Shown piece by piece: positions 55,945 through 64,000 of a stretch of 64,000 nt of DNA. Location of the stretch: positions 30,938,001 through 31,002,000 of the forward strand of contig OZ024758.1 in assembly GCA_964016885.1 (NCBI GenBank), read 5' to 3'. Source of the stretch: Eledone cirrhosa (lineage: Eukaryota). Both the position numbers and the translations under genes were made by a program. The first letter of the stretch is position 1; each line of letters begins with the position of its first letter. The notes beneath the pieces are model-generated. The model worked only from the letters and a program-made list of their open reading frames with translations. It was not told where the DNA came from and searched no databases.

Positions 55945-57430
55945 TACTGTAGGTGATGGGGTATATAATACTATAGGTGATGGGGTATATAATACTATAG
56001 GTGATGGGGTATATAATATTATAGGTGATGGTTATATAATACTATAGGTGATGGGGTATATAATACTATAGGTGATGTGGTATATAATACCATAGGTGAT
56101 GTGGTATATAATACCATAGGTGATGGGGTATATAATACCATAGGTGATGTGGTATATAATACTATAGGTGATGGGGTATATAATACTATAGGTGATGTGG
56201 TATATAATACTATAGGTGATGTGGTATATAATATTATAGGTGATGGGGTATATAATACCATAGGTGATGTGGTATATAATACCATAGGTGATGGGGTATA
56301 TAATACTATAGGTGATGTGGTATATAATACCATAGGTGATGGGGTATATAATACTATAGGTGATGGGGTATATAATACTATAGGTGATGTGGTATATAAT
56401 ACCATAGGTGATGGGGTATATAATACTATAGGTGATGTGGTATATAATACCATAGGTGATGGGGTATATAATACTATAGGTGATGTGGTATATAATACCA
56501 TAGGTGATGGGGTATATAATACCATAGGTGATGGGGTATATAATACTATAGGTGATGGGGTATATAATACTATAGGTGATGTGGTATATAATACCATAGG
56601 TGATGTGGTATATAATACCATAGGTGATGGGGTATATAATACCATAGGTGATGTGGTATATAATACCATAGGTGATGTGGTATATAATACTATAGGTGAT
56701 GTGGTATATAATACCATAGGTGATGTGGTATATAATACTATAGGTGATGTGGTATATAATACCATAGGTGATGTGGTATATAATACTATAGGTGATGTGG
56801 TATATAATACCATAGGTGATGGGGTATATAATACCATAGGTGATGTGGTATATAATGCTATAGGTGATGTGGTATATAATACCATAGGTGATGTGGTATA
56901 TAATACCATAGGTGATGGGGTATATAATACCATAGGTGATGTGGTATATAATACTATAGGTGATGTGGTATATAATACTATAGGTGATGTGGTATATAAT
57001 ACCATAGGTGATGTGGTATATAATACCATAGGTGATGTGGTATATAATACTATAGGTGATGTGGTATATAATACTATAGGTGATGTGGTATATAATACCA
57101 TAGGTGATGTGGTATATAATACTATAGGTGATGTGGTATATAATACTATAGGTGATGTGGTATATAATACCATAGGTGATGTGGTATATAATACCATAGG
57201 TGATGTGGTATATAATACCATAGGTGATGGGGTATATAATACCATAGGTGATGTGGTATATAATGCTATAGGTGATGTGGTATATAATACCATAGGTGAT
57301 AGGGTATATAATACTATAGGTGATGTGATATATAATACTATAGGTGATGGGGTATATAATACTATAGGTGATGGGGTATATAATACCATAGATGATGGGA
57401 AATGGTACTGCTATAGGTGATGGGGTGTAT
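55945..57430. repeat. 24-bp minisatellite, about 61 copies
   Basis: Unit ATAGGTGATG(G/T)GGTATATAATAC(T/C). Confidence 0.98.
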
Positions 57431-57739
57431 AAGCCCCTCAGTTATGTATTTATGCTGGTTTACATGATATACCAACGATCTCATCAAAGCTCAACTCCTG
57501 AAAACCGCTTAAATGTGTTTTCAATTTACAGGTAAATACATATATTTGGCATTTTTACATGTCCATATATGTATGTATTTATGTATGTTTGTATGTATGT
57601 GTTTCCCTTTCTCTTAATTAAGAGTCCATTTTTGACTGGCCACCTTCCTGGTGGCAACGCTGTAAAAGAAAAGAAATTGTCATCACTTGAATCGCAATAA
57701 TGTTTTGCTAATGTTCAAGGTGTCAGCTATCGCAGCCAT

Positions 57740-58520
57740 TTGTAGTCTATGAATTAGGGTGCTGCGTTCTTTGTTCTCCTTCTCTTGTATTTTTCTTACA
57801 ACGTTTACACCAAGTGGGCAGCTGATCTCTACAACAGAACACGTTTTCAATGTGTGGTCCCAAACAACAATATCAGGCCGGTTGTGCTTTAATTTGGTGT
57901 GTATATGTATTTATGTGTGTATGTTCTTCTGGTTTTATAATTCTATACATTGTTGCCAATAAAGAGAGAGTCGGTTTCTAACATAGACGCAAGACTTAAC
58001 AACATCAACTAGATAAACATGTCTGCTTGCATGCATGTGCAGGTATTGATGCTATTATATATGTGGATGTGGATGTTTTGAGTTGTATGTGTGCATGTGC
58101 ATATGCTTTGTATCTGTACATGTGTATATGCAGTTATTAGATGCAGAATTTTTAGAATGTTTTACATATTTTTAGTGTTCCATTAATTGATTGTACTTGT
58201 AATTTCCTAACTAATCGTGTTATTCTTGTTTCTGTAAAGCCCAGCTTCTCAATATTTGTATTGAGGTAGTTACTAACATAACCCAGGGCCCCAATAATCA
58301 CAGGTATACATCTTAAGGTATTTGTCATTAGTTCTGTATAGATATTCTCCTTTTTGCTAATCTTTAATATTATATTGGCATCTGCTAGGCAGCTAACTTC
58401 CACTACTGTGCATGCCTTCTTTTCCCTGTCCCATATCAATCATATTATCTGATCTGTTATGCCTGCATTTTATTGGGGTTTTTACTGGAACATTCCACCA
58501 GTACTCTTTCATATTATGTA
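57740..58520 (-). pseudogene. Two fragments of an R4/Dong-like non-LTR retrotransposon restriction-like endonuclease
   Basis: HNRPDIVVWD..CSVVEISCP..KIQEK (57740-57900) and IWDREKKACTVVEVSC..KKENIY..IPVIIGALG..KICKTF (58152-58500). Confidence 0.75.
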
Positions 58521-58944
58521 CATGGATGTCTTCCACATTGATGTAGCTTTTAATGTGTTTATTATCGGGCTATCTTTTCTACGGGTTTTTCTATGTATGT
58601 GTGTATGTATATATGTATGTATTATGTATGTATTATGTATGTACGGATGTGTGTGAGTGTATGTATATATATGAATGACTGGATGATGTAAATATGTTTA
58701 TAATATATGTATGTATGTATGAATATATGGACGGATGGATGTAAATATGTATGTATGTACGTATGTACCAGTGCATGCATACAACTGTATATTTGTACAA
58801 TCCTTGCACTCTTCCCAACTCTTGTAATATCTGAAACATCAACATTTCTTTTAATCTCTTTACAGCCGCATTGTCGTTGGTTTCTGAATCAGTTTTTTTA
58901 AATAATTTATTCTTCAGTTCTTCAACTAATCTCTAAAACTTTGT

Positions 58945-60538
58945 GTGTAGATCGATAGATAGATCGATAGATAGAGAGATATATTTCTTTATTAGCCACA
59001 AGGGCGCACAAGAAAAGGGGACAATACAAAGACATTTCGGGGATTTTACATACAATCGTGTAAAAAATATAAAAACAAACAATTGCAACAATCGAAATCC
59101 CCAATAGGGGGGAAGCGCCAGAAATAGGTTGTTTAATACCCCGTCGATAGAACAACCCTCAACGCCAGGAGCGTGTTGTGCAAGTGCTCCTTTCTTCCTT
59201 TTGCTCTCTCCTTCAAGCTACAGGCTTATAAACAGAGAAGGCCCAATCACTCGGGCCATTTTTGTTACATTCACCCACCTTTCAGTAAATTTACAGGGGT
59301 GCAGTGCCTCTCTCTCCACTCTGATTCTCCTTCTAAAGTGATACTTAAAGAAGGGAATCAATTGTTGTCCGGAGAGAAAGGCATCTGTCCTCAGTCCTCT
59401 CAATCTCGTCCACCATATAACTTCTTTCACCATAGCCACCGTACAGAGGAAAACCGCCTCTCTTTCGTTTTTGAAAGAGGCTGGCGGTTTGATCCTTACT
59501 ATGGACTCGGCAGTCAACTGGATTTGTCCCATACGCAACAGCAGTTGTTCTGCATAGTTCTGCAAGTCGGTTACACCCGGGCAGTGTACAATTGCGTGCA
59601 GGACTGTTTCAATGTCCTGCGCGCATCTTGGACACGTCCTCTTGGAAGGATCCCTGCCGGAGCGTCCGTGCTTGCAGATCTTGTCACGAATCAGGTAGAG
59701 CTCCTCGGTAGCACTGCCAGGCCAGGGACCTCTGGAAGTTGTCCATAGGTCCCGGGCGGAAAGTCCTACCAAACAGACTGGTGAGCTCATCGTCGTCGAC
59801 GCCTAGAGTCTCTCCGAGCACGTCGTCGCCCTTGTAACGTACAATCCCTCTATAGAATGTCCAAGTGGAGTCTCCACTGATTGCTGTGCCCGCTTGCCAG
59901 AGGACTGTGAGCGCCTCCGTCATCGAGACGAGCTGTGGGAAAGCCTCTCTCACAAACAATGCCCACACCGGGTGGGGGTCGGTGAGGAATACCTGGAGAT
60001 GCCGCAGCCTCAGCGCATGTTTGCGCATGATCAGCCACGGCATTCCCAGCCCTCCGTTGGAAGGGTGCTGAAAGCAGACGGATCTCCTCACCAGCGGAGC
60101 CTGCTTCTTCCACAGAAACTGGAAGAGCATGCGTTCCATCTTGGCGAGGTGTTCACGGGGACAAGGCACGACAGTCAAGCGGTAGTAGATGACGGACGCT
60201 ATGAAAGTGTTCGCCACCTCCGCTCGACCTTTCAAGGACAGTTTGCACTCTGCCCACTTCTGGATGAGTGCAAACACCTTGGCCGTGACCTCGTTCCAGT
60301 TTTTCTCCATCTGGAGGTCTGGACCGAACCAGAGCCCGAGCAATTTCACCGGTCCGTCCGTCCAGCGTCCAACGACGCTGTCGGACGTCAACGGTTCGCC
60401 TCTCCACGTACCGAGTTGCAAACCGACAGACTTGTCCTGGTTTAGTTTTGCTCCCGTCAGCGTTTCGTATTCTTTCAGTAAGTTGCCGATCACCCCGATT
60501 TCCGAGGTGCTCGACACCATTACCGTCACGTCGTTGAT
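58945..60538 (-). mobile_element. Tx1-like (L1 group) LINE, 5'-truncated, with (TATC)n tail
   Basis: GAKLNQDKS, KLLGLWFG, LSLKGR, GGLGMP, CPRC..ETVLHAIVHC zinc knuckle, AATAAA followed by (TATC)n. Confidence 0.92.
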
Positions 60539-60560
60539 ATGTATTATTAAAAAAAATAAT

Positions 60561-60972
60561 AATACATATCAACATTTTCTTTCCATCGCACATATTATTG
60601 AACCCTTAAATATTGTTCTTAATACGTATTAACATTTTCTTTCCATCGAACATATTATTGAACCCTTAAATATTGTTCTTAATACGTATTAACATTTTCT
60701 TTCCATCGAACATATTATTGAACCCTTAAATATTGTTCTTAATACGTATTAACATTTTCTTTCCATCGAACATATTATTGAACCCTTAAATATTGTTCTT
60801 AATACGTATTAACATTTTCTTTCCATCGCACATATTATTGAACCCTTAAATATTGTTCTTAATACGTATTAACATTTTCTTTCCATCGAACATATTATTA
60901 GACCCTTAAATATTATTCTTAATACATATTAGCAATTTCTTTTCATCGCACATATTGTTGAACCCTTCAATA
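60561..60972. repeat. 60-bp tandem repeat, about 7 copies
   Basis: Unit aacattttctttccatcgaacatattattgaacccttaaatattgttcttaatacgtatt. Confidence 0.97.
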
Positions 60973-61258
60973 TACAAACCTTAACTTTACATTATTTTTC
61001 CCTTCGTTAATTTTCAAATTCTTTTAATTTATACATTATCTTCCAACGGTTTTTCAACCTCTCTATGTAAAACAATATATTTTTTCCAGTTATAAAAGCT
61101 ATCTCTCTCTCTCTATCACCCATCTCTCCTCCTATCTCATCCTTCCTCATTATACTCCTCCCCCTCCACTTTTTACTCTCATCTCCTCCTCTTTTTCACC
61201 CCCCCCCCTCAAAAAGTTTTTTTCCCCAATATCACACATCAATCTAAAACTACTTTTC

Positions 61259-61511
61259 ATATGTTGATTTAAAACTGCACTATCCACAAGTGTTTTTAAC
61301 CTTCATATCATGTCTTCCTATTTTATCTGATGAAAACACAAATGTTATTGCATGATGATATTTTTTTTTGAAATGCGCATAATAAAATACATGGAACTCA
61401 TTTAACCATCTTTTGATCTTATATATTATGTATACTCCAGTCCTACAACTGTAGAGTGCTTCTTATCCGATATCTGCATTGCTTTATTGTACTACAATAA
61501 AACTCACCTCC

Positions 61512-61514
<3 letters not shown>
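61259..61514 (+). mobile_element. tgcgca-family element; HHR at 61319-61389
   Basis: tattttat-CTGATGA..GAAA-tgcgca-TA-ataaaata; homologous to 21998-22255. Confidence 0.82.
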
Positions 61515-61587
<73 letters not shown>

Positions 61588-61670
61588 AATATGTATATAT
61601 ATATATATGTATATATGTATATATATTAATTCAAATATTAACAAAATAGATATTCTTGTGATCATGTATA

Positions 61671-61733
61671 TTTTATTATACATATTTCAGAGGTACTGAG
61701 TTAACTTTAACAGTACGTCCTCATCAGATAAAA
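61671..61733 (-). ncRNA. Type I hammerhead ribozyme
   Basis: ttttat-CTGATGA-ggac gtactg..cagtac ctct-GAAA-tatgta-TA-ataaaa. Confidence 0.72.
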
Positions 61734-61955
61734 CCAAAACCGGTTGAGTGCTTCCAATGTATTGTAAAACTCATTCTTTGATTTATTCATTGAACCTTGT
61801 TTATCTTTTAAATATATATATATATGTAAAAGTTCTATTTAAATTGTTGGGATACAACAAGCAAATATTTTTATAACTGATATAAAGCACTCAACAAATA
61901 TTTGGAGTAAAAATACGATATTAACAAATGGAAACTATATTTATAAAACCATATT

Positions 61956-62020
61956 TATTTCATTATACATATTTCAAGGACACCAAGTTAAATTATGGTG
62001 TGCTTTCATCAGATAAAATA
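61956..62020 (-). ncRNA. Type I hammerhead ribozyme (homolog of 47592-47656)
   Basis: Same core and stems, inside element 61825-62140. Confidence 0.78.
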
Positions 62021-62143
62021 TAATATAGATCAGTTTTATAAATAAATATTGACATACCCTTAAAAAATGCAACCATTACTGTTGGAAGCTCCCGGATAAT
62101 GGAGTTGTATCTTTAATTATATTATTAGTATTGGATATTTTTA

Positions 62144-62447
62144 AAATAAGCCGTTGGGTTACGGAGAAAGAGAAATATAGAGAAGGAAAGAGAGAGAAAG
62201 ATCAGAACAACAGAGAGAGAAAGATAGAGAGAGAGAGAGGAGACAGAGAGAAGGGGAGAGAACGAAAAACTCTAAGTCATATCTTGTTGAGTTAACTTAA
62301 CAATTGAGATGAAATGACTTAGAGTTTTTCGTTCTCTCTCCTTTCTCTGTCTCCTCTCTCTCTCTATCTTCCTCTCTCTGTTGTTCTGCTCTTTCTCTCT
62401 CTTTCCTTCTCTATCTTTCTCTTTCTCCGTAACCCAACGGCTTATTG
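62144..62447. repeat. About 300-bp imperfect palindrome with GA/TC-rich arms
   Basis: aataagccgttgggttacggag...ctccgtaacccaacggcttatt. Confidence 0.88.
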
Positions 62448-62599
62448 AGGACTTTGTTATAAATTTTATTTTTTGTTATATTTTATTTTATTTTTATATA
62501 TTGTTATTGCCTCCTCCTTATTGAGGACGCCTTGTTTTGTAAACTCCCCCCATTGTACTTGTCCCACTTTTGATGCCCTGGTGGCAAATAAAAGAAACA

Positions 62600-62674
<75 letters not shown>

Positions 62675-62675
62675 A
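62448..62675 (+). mobile_element. Tx1-like LINE 3' UTR end plus (TATC)n
   Basis: gtaaactccccc..ttgtccc..ggcaaataaaagaaacatatctatc matches 63840-63910. Confidence 0.75.
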
Positions 62676-62676
62676 T

Positions 62677-63903
62677 AACCTTGCCCTAAGGAAACACTCA
62701 CCACCATGGAACGCATGCTCTTCCAATTTCTTTGGAAGAAGCGCCCTCCTATGGTGAGAAGATCCATCTGCTGCCAACAACCTTCGAAAGGAGGGCTGGG
62801 GATGCCGTGGTTGATGATGCGTAGGCACGCATTAAGGCTACGGCACCTACAGGTATTCCTCACTGGTCAACCGGTGTGGGCTCCGTTCGTGAAACGAGCC
62901 TTTCCGAGACTCGTCTCGCTCACCGAGCTACAGTCCTAGGTCAAGCAAAGATCCGGAAAACTGGGAGACTGGCACACTGAGTGTGCTCAGGCGCTCAGGG
63001 CTCTCTGGCAAGCGGGCCAGGCCATCGGTGGAGAATCCACCTCATCATTCTATAGAGGGCTGGTGGCTAGCAGGGGCGATGACACCCTTGGAGAGTCGCT
63101 GGACATGGAAGAAGACGAACTGGCCAGCCTGTTCGGTAGGACTTTCGGCCCAGGACCAATGGACAACTTCCAGAAGTCACTGGCCTGGCAGTGCTACCGA
63201 GGGGCTCTACCCGTTCGAGAGAGGCTCTACAGACACGGGCGCCCGGGCAGGGATCCCTCAAAAAAGATTTGCCCTAGATGCGTGCGTCACGAAGAAACCG
63301 TTGCGCACGCATTGGTGCAATGTCCGGGCGTGGCTGATCTGTGGGGCTACACCGAACGACTGCTGTCGCGGGTGGCGCCGATTCAATTGACCGCCGAGTC
63401 CGTGATGACAATCAAACCGCCTCCCCTCTTCACAAAGGAAGCAAAGGCGGTTTTTCTGTGCGTAATAGCCATGTTGAAAGAGGTTGTTTGGTGGACACGA
63501 TTGAAAGGTCTGAGGTCAGGCAACTTCCTCTCTGGCCATAGTCTGGTCTACTTCTTCCGATATCACTTCGAAAGAAGGATAAGAATGGAGAGAGAGGTGC
63601 TTGGCCACAGGCAGTTTTATGAAAGGTGGGTGATAGTGGCGAGAATGGCTCGTGTAAATGGGCCTTCTCTGTATACCATTCTGTAGGTAAAGAAGTAAAG
63701 GAGAGGGGAGCACCTTCTCCATGTGCTCCCTGGGCAAAGGATTGCCCACTTTTTCGGGGGTGTGTGCAACCCCCATCACGTCCCCTCCCTTTTGAGGTTA
63801 TTTTCGATTATTTTCATGTTACACCCTTTTTACTCGATTGTATGTAAACTCCCCCTTTGTATTTGTCCCTTCTTTTTATGCCTTTATGGTAAATAAAGAA
63901 ATA

Positions 63904-63968
<65 letters not shown>
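62677..63968 (+). mobile_element. Tx1-like LINE, 5'-truncated, flanked by (TATC)n on both sides
   Basis: MERMLFQFLWKK..GGLGMPWL, CPRC..ETVAHALVQC; paralogous to 58945-60538. Confidence 0.92.
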
Positions 63969-64000
63969 CTGGGATGGACACACGCGTATAACTTGCTGAG

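Noticed and set aside
56019-57420. 447/456-aa repeat ORFs on both strands; CRISPR-like appearance
   Set aside because: Pure 24-bp tandem repeat with no unique spacers and no non-repetitive coding flanks; stop-free frames follow from the unit length
60561-60972. 60-bp array as CRISPR
   Set aside because: Units are near-identical end to end, with no spacers, no cas genes and a eukaryotic context

Overview
AT-rich, repeat-saturated eukaryotic DNA, very probably from an octopod cephalopod (inferred from two tRNA-derived SINE families that match my recollection of octopus SINEs). No confident host gene was found; most ORF calls are microsatellite artefacts. The window holds decayed Penelope-like elements (PLEs: RT plus C-terminal GIY-YIG) of at least three types, fragments of CR1-, RTE-, CRE-, R4/Dong- and Tx1-like LINEs, about 20 SINE copies, and 24-bp and 60-bp tandem arrays. 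The main hidden signal, read by eye, is about 30 type I hammerhead ribozyme (HHR) motifs with intact CUGANGA and GAAA cores, plus about 7 variant or degenerate ones, roughly one per 2 kb. They sit in about 10 mostly non-coding repeat families inserted into (TA)n tracts, usually as fold-back (inverted) duplications. Two families form tandem or circularly permuted monomers of 422 nt and 522 nt with one HHR each, which fits non-LTR retrozymes (candidate circular RNAs). HHR activity, expression and clade assignments are untested inferences, and coordinates were read manually.
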